From the NCBI GenBank assembly GCA_013265495.1, contig MU057795.1, forward strand, positions 1-39,432: a stretch of 39,432 nt of DNA. The letters run 5' to 3'. Shown piece by piece: positions 12,001 through 25,661 of this stretch. Numbering within the stretch: the first letter of the stretch is position 1; every line of letters begins with the position of its first letter. The notes under the pieces are model-generated. The model was not told the origin of the DNA and made no database searches. It saw only the letters and a program-made list of their open reading frames with translations. This stretch comes from Vicugna vicugna (taxonomy: Eukaryota). The position numbers and the translations under genes were made by a program.

Positions 12001-13750
12001 GCTAGATGAACGAACGTTTCTCCACATGCTCATTTCAGAGATTTAAGCGTGTGTGAATGCCGTCCTTTACCTAGCTTGTTGGGAACACAGTGTTTTTCTT
12101 CAGCTGCAAACTCCACTCCATAAATATATATATGGTGATATACAAGCTCCACTTCGGTTTAACAGTGAAAATTTCGGGAGCTTCAAACCGGCACTAGGAA
12201 ACACATTCAGAAACCAGAGTGAGTGTTTCGACTACAACCCGTTCTCTTTGTTCTAGATTAACGAACGTCTCACCCCATGCTCAGTTCTGAGAGTTAAGCC
12301 TGTGTGAAAGACGTCTTTCACCTAGCTTGTTGGGAAACAAAGTTTCTATTCAGTTGCAAACACCACTCCATACATATATATGGGGAGGTACCAGCTCCAA
12401 GGCGGATTTACAGTGAAAAATGCAGGAATTTCAAACCGGCACTAGGAAACACACTGAGAAAGCAGAGTGAGAATTTCTCCTGCAACCCATTCCCTTTGTG
12501 CTAGATGAAAGAACGTCTCTCCACATGCTCAGTTCTGAGAGTTAAGCGTGTGTGAAAGCCGTCTTTCACCTAGCTTGTTGGGAAACAAAGTTTCTATTCA
12601 GTTGCAAACACCACTCCATACATATATATGGGGAGGTACAAGCTCCAAGTCGGTTTTACAGTGAAAACTGCAGGAATTTCAAACCAGAAGTAGAAAAAAC
12701 ACTGAGAAATCAGAGTGAGTGTTTTGCCTGCAAACCGTTTCATTTTTGCTAGATGAACGAACGTCTCTACACATGCTCATTTCTGAGAGTTAAGCATGTG
12801 TGAAAGCCGTCTTTCACCTAGCTTGTTGGGAACACAAAGTTTCTCTTCAGTTGAAAACTCCAGTCCATACATATATATGGGGAGGTACCAGCTCCAAGGC
12901 GGTTTTACAGTGAAAACTGCAGGAACTTCAAACCGTCACTAGAAAAACACTGAGAAACCAGAGTGAATGTTGCGCCTGCAAACCGTTTCCTTTGTGCTAG
13001 ATGAACAAACGTCTATCCACATGTTCAGTTCTGAGAGATAAGTGTGTTTGAAAGCCACCCTTCATTTAGCTTGTTGGGAACACAAAGTTTCTCTTCAGTT
13101 GCAAACTCAACTCCATACATATATATGGGGAGGTACCAGCTCTAAGTCGGTTTTACAGTGAAAAATGCAGGAACTTCAAACCGGCACTAGGAAACACAAT
13201 GAAAACCAGAGTGAATGTTTCTCCTGCAACCCGATCGATTTGTGCTAGATGAACGAACGTCTCTCCACACTCTCAGTTCTGAGAGTTAAGCGTGTGTTAA
13301 AGCCGTCCTTCACCTAGGTTGTTGTGAACACAATGTTACTCTTCAGTTTCAAGCTCCACTCCATACATATATATCGGGAGGTACAAGCTCCAAGTCGGGT
13401 TTATAGTGAAAACTGCAGGAATTTCAAACTGGCTTTGAGAAACACACTGAGAAACCAGAGTGAGTGTTTCTCCTGCAACTCGTTCCATTTGTACTAGATG
13501 AACGAACGTTTATCCACATGCTCAGTTCTGAGACTTAAGCGAGTGTGAAAGCCGTACTTAACCTAGCTTGTTGGGAAAACAATGTTTCTCTTCAGTTGCA
13601 AATTCGAATCCATACATATATATAGGGAGGTACAAGCTCCAACTCGGTTTTACAGTGAAAACTGCAGGAACATCAAACCGGCACTAGGAAACAGACTGAG
13701 AAACCTGTGTGAGTGTTTTGCCTGCAACCCGTTTCCTTTGTGCTAGATGA
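1..13750 (+). repeat. Left subdomain: near-consensus, mostly monomeric satellite variants
   Basis: Frequent variants GAAACAAGTGTG, TTTCG(T/C)CTG, GTACCAGCTCCAAGGCGG and TCCAGTCCATA. I saw no AAGCCGCATTAGG, AATTCATAG or ATGATCCGTTCTG markers here. The boundary is approximate. Confidence 0.7.
8817..10384 (+). repeat. 784-bp tandem duplication within the array (8817-9600 and 9601-10384)
   Basis: Both copies start ATTGAGAAACACAC and end GTGTTTCTCC. ORF pairs 8928/9712 and 9066/9850 are identical and offset by 784; 9397/10181 share the offset and are identical up to the junction. Confidence 0.93.
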
Positions 13751-16700
13751 ACGAACGTTCTCCACATGATCTGTTCTGAGAGGAAAGCGTTTGTGAAATA
13801 CGTCCTTCACGAACCCTGTTGGGAACACAAAGTTTCTCTTCAGTTGCAAACTCCAATCCATACATATATATGGGGAGGTTCAAGCTCCAAGTCTGTTTTA
13901 CTGTGAAAACTGCAGTAATTCAAACTGGCACTAGGAAACACACGGGGAAAACAGAGTGATTGTTTCTCCTGCAAAATGTTCCCTTTGTGCTAGATGAACG
14001 AACGTTCTCCACATTATCCGTTCTGAGAGTAAAGCGTTTGTGAAAGCCGCCTTCACGTACCTTGTGGGAACACAAAGTTTCTCTTCAGTTGCAAACTCCA
14101 CTCCATAAACGTCCTTCACGAACCCTGTTGGGAACACAAAATTTCTCTTCAGTTGCCAACCCTACTCCATACATATATATGTGAAGATTCAAGTTCCAAG
14201 TCGGTTTTACAGTGAAAAATGTAGGAATTTCAAACCGGCACTAGGAAACACACTGGGAACCCAGAGAGAGTGTTTCTCATACAAACCGTTCCTTTCTACT
14301 AGATGAACGAACGTCTCTCACACGCTCAGTTCTGAAATTTAAGCATGTGTGAAAGCCGTCCTTCACCTAGCTTTTTGAGAACACAAAGTTTTTGTTCAGT
14401 TTCAAACTCCACTCCATACATATATGTGGGGAGGTACTAGCTCCAAGGCGGATTTACAGTGAATTCTGCAGGAACTTCAAACCGGCACTATTAAACACAC
14501 TGAAAATCCAGAGTGAGTGTTTCCCCTGCATCCCGTTCATTTTGTGCTAGATGAACGAACGTCTGTCCACATGCTCAATTCTGAGAGATAAGCGTGTGTG
14601 AAAGCCATCCTTCACCTAGCTTGTTGGGAACAAAAAGATTCTCTTCAGTTGCCAACTCCACTCCATACATATATATGGTTAGGTACAAGCTCCAAGTCGG
14701 TTTTACAGTGAAAACTGCAGGAAATTCAAACCGGCAAGAGCAAACACACTGAGAAACCAGAGGGAGTGTTTCTCATACAATCAGTTCCATTTGTGCTAGA
14801 TGAACGAAAGTCTCTCCACATGCTTGTTCTGAGACTCAAGCGTGTGTGAAAGCCGTCCTTCACCTAGCTTGTTGTGAACACAGTGTTTCTCTTCAGTTGC
14901 CAACCCCAATCCATACATAGATAAGGGGAGGTACAAGCTCCAAGTCGGTTTTACAGTGGAAACTGCAGGAACTTCAAACCGGCACTAGGAAACACACTGA
15001 GATACCAGAGTGAGTGTTTCTCCTGCAATCCTTTCCCTTTGTAATAGATGAATGAACGTCTATCTCTTCACACGCTCAGTTCTGAAATTTAAGCGTGTGT
15101 GAAAGCCGTCCTTCACCTAGCTTTTTGAGAACACAAAGTTTTTGTTCAGTTTCAAACTCCACTCCATACATATATGTGGGGAGGTACTAGCTCCAAGGCG
15201 GATTTACAGTGAAAAATGCAGAATTTTCTAATCTGCATTAGGAAACACACTGAGATCCAAGAGTAAATATTTCCCCTGCAACACATTCCCTTTGTGCTAG
15301 ATGAATGAACGTTCTCCACATGCCCAGTTCTGAGAAGTAATCGTGTGTGAAAGCCGCCCTTCATCTAGCTTGGTTGTACACAAAGTTTCTCTTCAGTTGC
15401 ATACTCCAATCCGTTCATATATATGTTGAGGGACAAGTTCCAAGTTGGGTTTACAGTGAAAACTGCAGGAAATTCAAACCGGCAAGAGCAAACACACTGA
15501 GAAACCAGAGGGAGTGTTTCTCATACAATCAGTTCCATTTGTGCTAGATGAACGAAAGTCTCTCCACATGCTCAGTTCTGAGAGTCAAGCGTTTGTGAAT
15601 GCCGTCCTTCACCTAGCTTGTTGTGAACACAGTGTTTCTCTTCAGTTGCCAACCCCAATCCATACATAGATAAGGGGAGGTACAAGCTCCAAGTCAGTTT
15701 TACTGTGGAAACTGCAGGAACTTCAAACCGGCACTAGGAAACACACTGAGATACCAGAGTGAGTGTTTCTCCTGCAATCCTTTCCCTTTGTAATAGATGA
15801 ATGAACGTCTGTACACATGCTCAGTTCCGAGAGTTAAGCGTGTATGAAAGCCTCCCTTCACCTAGCTTGTTGGGAGCACAAAGGTATTCTTCAGTTGCAA
15901 CATCCACTCCATACATATATATGGGGAGGTACATGCTCCAAATAGGTTTTATAGTGAAAATTGCAGAAATTTCTAAGCCGCATTAGGAAACACACTGAGA
16001 AACCAGATTGAGTGTTTCCCCTGCAACCAGATCCCCTTTTGCTTGATGAAACTACGTCTCTCCACATGCTCAATTCATAGACATAAGCGTGTGTGAATGC
16101 CTCCTTTCACCTAGCTTGTTGGGAACACAAAGTTATACTTCAGTTGCAATATCGACACCATAGATATATATGGGGAGGTACAAGCTCCAACTAGAATTTA
16201 CAGTGAAAATTGCAGAAAATTCTAAGCCGCATTAGGAAACACACTGTGATCCCAGAGTGAATATTTCTCCTGCAAAACATTCCGTTTGTGCTTGATGAAC
16301 GAACGTTCTCCACATGATCTGTTCTGAGAGGAAAGCGTTTGTGAAAGACGTCCTTCACGTACTCTGTTGGGAACACAAAGTTTCTCTTCATTTGCCAACT
16401 CCACTCCATACATATATATGGGGATGTAAAAGTTCCAAGTCCGTTTGACAGTGAAAACTGCAGGAACTTCTAAGCTGCATTAGGAAACACACTGAGATCC
16501 AAGAGTTAATGTTTCCCCAGCAACACATTCCCTTTGTGCTAGATGAACAAATGTTCTCCACATGCCCAGTTCTGAGAAGTAATCGTGTGTGAAAGCCGCC
16601 CTTCACCTATCTTGGTTTGTATACAAAGTTTCTCTTCAGATGCTTACTCCACTCCGTTCATATATATGGGGAGGGACAAGTTCCAAGTTGGGTTTACAGT

Positions 16701-19700
16701 GAAAACTGAAGGAAATTCAAACCGGCACTGGGAAGCACACTGAGAAACCAGAGTGTGTGTTTCTCCTGCAACCCGTTCCCTTTGTTCTAGATGAATGAAC
16801 GTCTCTCCACATGCTCAGTTCTGAGAGTCAAGCGTGTGTGAATGCCGTCCTTCAACTAGCTTGTTGTGAACACAGTGTTTCTCTTCAGTTGTCAACCCCA
16901 TTCCATAAATATATATGGGGAGGTACAAGCTCCAAGTCGGTTTTACTGTGGAAACTGCAGGAACTTCAAACCGGCACTAGAAAACACACTGAGAAACCAG
17001 AGTGAGTGTTTCCCCTGCAACCCGTTCCCTTTAGCAACCAGTTCCCCTTTTGCTTGATGAAACTACATCTCTCCACATGCTCAATTCATAGACTTAAGCG
17101 TGTGTGAATGCCTCCTTTCACCTAGCTTGTTGGGAACACAAAGTTATTCTTCAGTTGCAATATCGACTCCATACATATATATGGGGAGGAACAAGCTCCA
17201 AATAGGTTTTTCAGTGAAAATTGCAAAAATTCTAAGCCGCATTAGGAAACACATTGAGATCCCAGAGTGAATATTTCTCCTGCAAACCATTCCGTTTGTG
17301 CTAGATGAACGAACGTTCTCCACATGATCTGTTCTGAGAGGAAAGCGTTTGTGAAATCCGTCCTTCACGTATCTTGATTGGAACACAAACTTTCTCTTCA
17401 GCTGCCAACCCTACTCCATACATATATATGTAGAGGTTCAAGCTCCAAGTCGGTTTTACAGTGAAAAATGCAGGAACTTCAAACCGGCACTAGGAAACAC
17501 ACTGGGAACCCAGAGAGATTGTTTCTCCTACAACCCGTTCCCTCTCTGCTAGATGAACGAACGTCTCTTCACACGCTCAGTTCTGAAATTTAAGCGTGTG
17601 TGAAAGCCGTCCTTCACCTAGCTTTTTGAGAACACAAAGGTTTTGTTCAGTTTCAATCTCCACTCCATACATATATGTGGGGAGGTACAAGCTCCAAGGC
17701 GGTTTTACAGTGAATTCTGCAGGAATTTCAAACCGGCACTAGGAAACACACTGAAAAAACAGAGTGAGTGTTTCCCTTGCAACCCGTTCCATTTGTGCTA
17801 GATGAACGAACGTCTGTCCACATGTTCAGTTCTGAGAGTTAAGCGTGTGTGAAAGCCGTCCTTCACCTAGCTTGTTGGTAACACAAAGTTTCTCTTCATT
17901 TGCAAACTCCAATAAATACATATATATGGGGATGTACAAGTTCCAAGCCGGTTTTACAGTGAAAATATTAGGAACTTCAAAACAGCACTAGGAAACACAC
18001 TGAGAACCCAGAGTGAATGTTTCTATTACAAAACGTTCTCTTTGTGCTAGATGAATCAACGTCTCTCCACACGCTCAGTTCTGAGAATAAAACGAGTGTG
18101 AAAGCCGACCTTCACCTAGCTTGTTTTGTACACAAAGTTTCTCTTAAATTACATACTCCACTTAATACATATATATGGGGAGGTACAATCTCAAAGTTGG
18201 ATTTACAGTGAAAACAACAGGAAATTCAAAACGGCACTAGGAAACACACTGAGAAAACAGAGAGAGTGTTTATCCTGCATCCAGTTCCCCTTTTGCTTGA
18301 TGAAATAAACTCTCTCAACATGCTCAATTCATAGAATTAAGCTTGTGTGAAAGCCTCCCTTCACCTAGCTTTTTGGGAACACAAAGATATATTTCAGTTG
18401 AAAACTCCACTCCATACATATATATGGGAAGGAACAAACTCCAACTAGGTTTTACAGTGAAAACTGTAGAATTTTCTAAGCCGCATTAGGAAACACACTG
18501 AGATCCCAGAGTGAATGTTTCCCCTGCAACGCATTCCATTTGTGCTAGATGAACGAACGTTCTTCACATGATCCGTTCTGAGAGAAAAGCGTTTGTGAAA
18601 GCCGTTCTTCATGTAGCTTGTTGGGAACACAAAGTTTCTCTTCAGTTGACATCTCCACTCCATACATATATATGGGTAGGTTCAAGCTCCAAGTCGGTTT
18701 TACAGTGAAAACTGCAGGAACGTCAAACCAGCACTGGGAAACAAACTGAGAAAACAGAGGGATTATTTCTCCTGCAACCAGTTACATATGTGTTAGATGA
18801 ACGAACGTCTCTCCACATGCTCAGTTCTGAGAGTCTTGCATGTGTGAAAGCCGTCCTTCACATAGCTTGTTGGGAACACAAAGTTTCTCTTCAGTTGACA
18901 TCTCCACTCCATACATATATATGGTGAGGTACAAGTTCCAAGTCGGTTTTACAGTGAAAACTGCAGGAACGTCAAACCAGCACTGGGAAAAAAACTGAGA
19001 AAACAGAGGGATTATTTCTCCTGCAACCAGTTACATATGTGTTAGATGAACGAACGTCTCTCCACATGCTCAGTTCTGAGAGTCTTGCATGTGTGAAAGC
19101 CGTCCTTCACATAGCTTGTTGGGAACACAAAGTTTCTCTTCAGTTGCTAACTCGTCTCCATACATATATATGGGGAGGTAAAAGCTCCAAGTCAGTTTTA
19201 CAGTGAAAACTGCAGGAACTTCAAACCGGCACTAGGAAACACACTGAGAAAAGAATGTGAGTGTTCTCCTGCAACCAGTTCAATTTGTGCTAGATGAACG
19301 AACGTCTCACCACATGCTCAGTTCTGAGATTCAAGCGTGAGTGAAAGCCGTCCTTCACCTACCTTTTTGGAACACAAAGTTTCTTTTCAGTTGCAAACCA
19401 CTCCATACATATATATGGGGAGGTACAAGCTCCAAATCGGTTTTACAATAAAAACTGCTGGAACTTCAACACGGCACAAGGAAACACACTGAAACCAGAG
19501 TGTATGTTTCTCCTAAAACCCGTTCCCTTTGTGCTAGATGAAAGAACGTCTCTCCACATGCTCAGATCTGAGAGTTAAGCTTGTGTGAAACCAGTTCTTC
19601 ACATAGCTTGTTGGGAACACAAAGTTTCTCTTCAGTTGAAAACTCCACTCCATACATATATATGGGGAGATACCAGCTCCAAGGCGATTTTACTGTGAAA

Positions 19701-22700
19701 CCTGTAGAAACATCAAACCAGCACTAGGAAGCACACTGAGAAATCTGAGTGAGTGTTTCTCCTGCAAACAGTTCCCTTTGTGCTAGATGAACGATCGTCT
19801 CTCCACATGCTCATTTCTGAGATTTAAGCGTGTGTCAAAGCCGTCCTTCACCTAGCTTGTTGGGAACACAAAGTTAGTTTTCAGTTGCAAACCACTGAAT
19901 ACATATATATGGGGAGGTACAAGCTCCAAGTCGGTTTTACAGTGAAAACATCGGGAACTTTAAGCTGGCACTAAGAAACACACTGAGAAACTAGAGTCAA
20001 TGTTTCGCCTGAAACCCATTTATTTGTGCAAGATGAACCAAAGTCTTTCCACATGCACATTTCTGAGAGTTAACCGTGTGTGAAAGCCGTCCTATACCTA
20101 GCTTGTGGTGAACACAAAGTTTCTCTTCAGTTGCAAACTCCACTCCATACATAAATATGGGGAGGTACGAGCTCCATGTCAGTTACATTGAAAGCTGCAG
20201 GAACTTCAAACCGGCACTGGGAAACACACTGAGAAACCAGAGTGAGTGCTTCGCCTGCAATTCATTTCCTTTTTGCTAGGTGAACCAAAGTCTCTCCACA
20301 TGCACAGTTTTGAGAGTTAAGCATGTGTGAAAGGCGTCCTTCACCTAGCTTGTTGGGAACACAAAGTTTCTCTTCAGTAGAAATCTCCACTGCATACATG
20401 TATATGGTGATGTATAAGCTTCAAGTCGGTTTTACAGTGAAAACTGCAGGAACTTCAAACCGGCAATAGGAAACACACTGAGAAAATATTGTGAGTGTTT
20501 GCCTGCAAAAATTTCCACTTGGGCTAAATGAACGAACGTCTCTCCACATGCTCATTTCTGAGTGTTATGCGTGTGTGAAAGCCATCCTTCACCTAGCATG
20601 TTGGGAACATAAAGTTTGTCTTCAGTTGCAAACTCCACTCCATATGTATATGTGGGTAGGTACCAGCTCCAAAACGGTTTTACAGTGAAAACTGCAGGAA
20701 ATTCAAACCGGCACAAGGAAACACACTGAGAAACCAGAGTGAATGTTTCTCCTGCAAGCCGGTCCCTTTGTGCTAGATGAACGAACGTCTCTCCAAACGC
20801 TCGCTTCTGATAGCTAAGCTTGTGTGAAAGCCTTACTTCACAAAGAATGTTGGTAACACAAAATTTCTCTTCAGTTGCAAACTCCACTCCATATATATAT
20901 GGGGAGGGCAAGCTCCAAGTCGGATTTACAGTGAAAACTGCAGGAACTTCAAACCGGCAATAGGAAACAAACTGAGAAACCAGAGTGAGTGTTTCTACTA
21001 TAACTCGTTCCCTTTGTGCTAGATGAACCAACATCTCTCAACACGCTCAGTTTTGAGAGTTAAACGAGTGTGAAAGCCGTCCTTCACATAGCTTGTTTTG
21101 TACACAAAGTTTCTCTTCAGTTGCATACTCCACTCCATACATATATATGGGGAGGTACAATCTCAAAGTTGGATTTACAGTGAAAACTACAGGAACTTCA
21201 AAACGGCACTAGGAAACACTCTGAGAAAACAGAGTGAGTGTTTCCCTTGCAACCAGTTCCCCTTTTGCTTGATGAAATAAAGTCTCTCCACATGCTCAAT
21301 TCATAGAATTAAGCGTGTGTGAAGGCCTCCCTTCACCTAGCTTGTTGGGAACACAAAGGTATACTTCAGTTGAAATCTCAACTCCATACATATATATGGG
21401 GAGGAACAAGCTCCAACTAGGTTTTACAATGAAAGCTGCAGAATTTTCTAAGCCGCATTAGGAAACACAGTGAGATCCCAGAGTGAATGTTTCCCCTGTA
21501 ACCGATTCCCTTTGTGTTAGATGAACGAACTTTCTCCACATGATCCGTTCTGAAAGAAAAGCGTTTGTGAATGCCGTACTTCATGTAGCTTGTTGGGAAC
21601 ACAAAGTTTCTCTATAGTTGACAACTTCACTCCATACATATATATGGGTAGGTTCAAGCTCCAAGTCGGTTTTACAGTGAAAACTGAAGGAACTTCAAAC
21701 CACCACTAGGAAACACACTGAGAAACCAGAGTGAGTGTTTTACCTGCAACAATTCCCCTTTTGCTTGATGAAACATCGTCTCTACACACGCTCAGTTCTG
21801 AGAGTTCAGAATGTGTGAAAGCCTTCATTCACCTAGCTTGTTGGGAACACAACGTTTCTCTTTAGTTACAAACTCCATTCCATATATATATATGGGGAGG
21901 TAAAAGTTCCAAGTCGGTTTGACACTGAAAACTGCAGGAACTTCAAACCGGCACTATTAAACACACTGAAAAATTAGAGTGAGTGTATCCCTTGCAACCC
22001 GTCCCCTTTGTAATATGAACGAACGTCTCTCCACATGCTCAGTTCTGATAGTTAAGCGTGTGTGAAAGCCGTCCTTCACCTAGTTGTTGGGAACACAAAC
22101 TTTCTCTCCAGGTGCGAACTCCAATCCATACATATATATGGGGATGTACAAGCTCCAAGTCGGTTTTACAGTGAAAACTGCAGGAACTTCAAAACGTCAC
22201 TAGGAAACACACTAGAACCCAAAGTGAGTGTTTCTCCTACATCCCGTTCCCTTTGTGCTAGATGAACCAACGTCTCTCCACACGCACAGTTCTTAGAGTT
22301 AAACGAGTGTGAAAGCCGTCCTTCACTTAGCTTGTTTTGTATACAAAGTTTCTCTTCAGTTGCATACACCACTCCATACATATATATGGGGAGGTACAAT
22401 CTCAAATTCGAATTTACAGTGAAAACTACAGGAACTTCAAAACGGCACTAGGAAACACACTAGAACCCAGAGTGAGTGTTTCTCCTACATTCCGTTCCCT
22501 TTGTGCTACATGAACGAACGTCTCTCCACATGCTCAGGTCTGAGAGTTAAGTGTGTGTGAAAGCCGTCCTTCACTTAGCTTGGTTTGTAAACAAAGTTTC
22601 TCTTCACTTGCATACTCCACTCCGTTCAAATATATGGGTAGGGACAAGTTCCAAGTTGGGTTTACAGTAAAAACTGAAGGAAATTCAAACCGGCACTAGG

Positions 22701-25661
22701 AAGCACACTGAGAAACCAGAGTGAGTGTTTCTCCTGCAACCCGTTCCCTTTGTTCTAGATGAATGAACGTCTCTCCACATGCTCAGTTCTGAGAGTCAAG
22801 CGTGTGTGAATGCCGCCCTTTACTTAGCTTGTTGGGAACACAGTGTTTCTCTTCAGTTGCCAACCCCAATCCATGCATATATATGGGGAGGTACAAGCTC
22901 CAAGTCGGTTTTACTGTGGAAACTGCAGGAACGTGAAACCGGCACTAGGAAACACACTGAGAAACCAGAGTGAGTGTTTCCCCTGCAACCAGATCACCTT
23001 TTGCTTGATGATACTACATCTCTCCACATGCTCAATTCATAGACTTAATCGTGTGTGAATGCCTCCCTTCTCCTAGCTTGTTAGGAACACAAAAGTATAC
23101 TTCAGTTGCAATATCGACTCCATATATATATGGGGAGGTACAATCTCCAACTACGTTTTATAGTGAAAATTGCAGAAAATTCTAAGCCGCATTAGGAAAC
23201 ACACTGAGATCCCAGAGTGAATATTTCTCCTGCAACCCATTCCGTTTCTGCTAGATGAACGTACGTTCTCCACATGATCGGTTCTGAGAGGAAAGCGTTT
23301 GTGAAAGCCGTCCTTCACGTACCTTGTTGGGAACACAAAGTTTCTATTCAGTTGCCAAGCCTACCCCATACATATATATGTGGAGGTTCAAGCTCCAAGT
23401 CGGTTTTACAGTGAAAAATGCAGGAACTTCAAACCGGCACTAGGAAACACACTGGGAACCCAGAGAGATTGTTTCTCCTACAACCCGTTCCCTTTCTGCT
23501 AGATGAACGAACGTCTCTTCACACGCTCATTTCTGAAAGTTAAGCCTGTGTGAAAGCCGTCCTTCACCAAGCTTTTTGAGAACACAAAGTTTTTGATCGG
23601 TTTCAAACTCCACTCCATACATATATGTGGGGAGGTACAAGCTCCAAGGCGGTTTTACAGTGAATTCTGCAGGAACTTCAAACCGGCACTATTAAACAAA
23701 CTGAAAAACCAGAGTGAGTGTTTCCCCTGCATCCCGTTCTCTTTGTGCTAGATGAACGAACGTCTTTCCACATTCTCAGTTCTGAGAGTTAAGCTTGTGT
23801 GAAAGCCATCCTTCACCTAGCTTGTTGGGAAAAAAAAGATTCTCTTCAGTTGTCAACTCCACTCCATAAATATATATGGGTAGGGACAAGCTCCAAGTCG
23901 GTTTTACAGTGAAAACTGCAGGAACTTCAAACTGGCACTAGGAAACACACTGAGAAACCAGAGTGAGTGTTTCTCCTACATCCCGTTCCCTTTGTGCTAG
24001 ATGAACGAACGTCTCTCCACATGCTCAGTTCTGAGACTCAAGCGTGTGTGAAAGCCGTCCTTCACCTAGCTTGTTGGGAACACAAAGGTATTCTTCAGTT
24101 GAAATAACGACTCCATACATATATATGGGGAGGTACAAGCTCCAAGTCGGTTTTACAGTGGAAACTGCAGGAACTTCAAATCGGCACTAGGAAACACACT
24201 GAGAAACCAGAGGGAGTGTTTCTCCTGCAATCCGTTCCCTTTTTGCTAGATGAACCAACGTCTCTCCACACGCTCTGTTTTGAGAGTTAAACGAGTGTGA
24301 AAGCCATTTTTCACCTAGCTTGTTTTGTACACAAAGTTTCTCTTCAGTTGCATACTCCACTCCATACATATGTATGGGGAGGTACAATCTTAAAGTCGGA
24401 TTTACAGTGAATACTGCAGGAACTTCAAAACGGCACTAGTAAACACACTGAGAACCCAGAGTGAGTGTTTCTCCTACATCCCGTTCCCTTTGTGCTAGAT
24501 GAACCAACGTCTCTCCACACGCTCAGTTCTGAGAGTTAAACGATTGTGAAAGCCTTCCTTCACCTAGCTTGTTTTGTACACAAAGTTTCTCTTCAGTTGC
24601 ATACTCCACTCCATACATATATATGGGGAGGGACAAACTCAAAGTCGGATTTAGTGAAACCTGTAGGAACTTCAAAACGGCACTAGGAAACACACTGAGA
24701 AACCAGAGTGAGTGTTTCTCATGCAACCCATTCTATTTGTGCCAGAAGAACGAACATTCTACACATGCTCCATTCTGAGAGAAAAGCGTTTGTGAAAGCC
24801 TTCCTTCACCTAGCTTGTTGGGAACACAAAATTTCTCTTCAGTTGCAAACTCAACTCCATATATATATATGGGGAGGTACATGCTCCAAGTCGGTTTTAC
24901 AATGAAATATACAGGAACTTCAAACCGGCATTAGGAATCACACTCAGAAACTTGAGTGATTGTTTCCCCTGCAACAAGTTCACCTTGTGCTAGATGAAAC
25001 AACGTCTCTCCACATGTTCATTTCAAGACTTAACCGTGAGTGAAAGTCTTCGTTCACCTAGCATGTTTGGAACACAAAGATATTCTTCAGTTGGAAACTC
25101 CACTTCATACATATATATGGGGAGGTACAAGCTCCGAATAGTTTTTACAGTGCAAACTGCAGAAATTTCTAAGCCGCATTAGGAAACACACTGAGATCGC
25201 AGAGTGAATGTTTCTCCTGCAAGCCATTCTCTTTGTGCTAGATGAACGAACGTCTCTCCACATGCTCAATTCTGAGAGTTAAGCATGTGTGAAACCCTTC
25301 CTTCACCTAGCATGTTGGGAACAAAATCTCTCTATTTAGTTGCAAAATCCATTCCATACATATATATTGGGAGGTAAAAGTTCCAAGTCGATTTGACAGT
25401 GAAAACTGCAGGAACTTCAAACCGGCACTAGGAAACAAACTGAAAAAACAGAGTGAGTGTTTCTCCTGCAAACCGTTCCCTTTGTGCTAAATGAACGAAC
25501 GTCTCAGCACATGCTGAGTTCTGAGAATTAAGCGTGTGTGAAAGCTGCCCTTCACATAACTTGTTGGGAACACAAAGTTTCTCTTCAGTTGCAAACTCCA
25601 TTCCATACATTTATATGGGGAGGGCAAGCTCTAAGTCGGTTTTACAGTGAAAACTGAAGGA

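Noticed and set aside
8105..14165. Possible ~62-bp quarter-monomer sub-period suggested by the 61, 63 and 124 bp slips
   Set aside because: Only short GTT(T)CT-like words recur, at uneven 59-68 bp spacing. Microhomology explains the junctions equally well.
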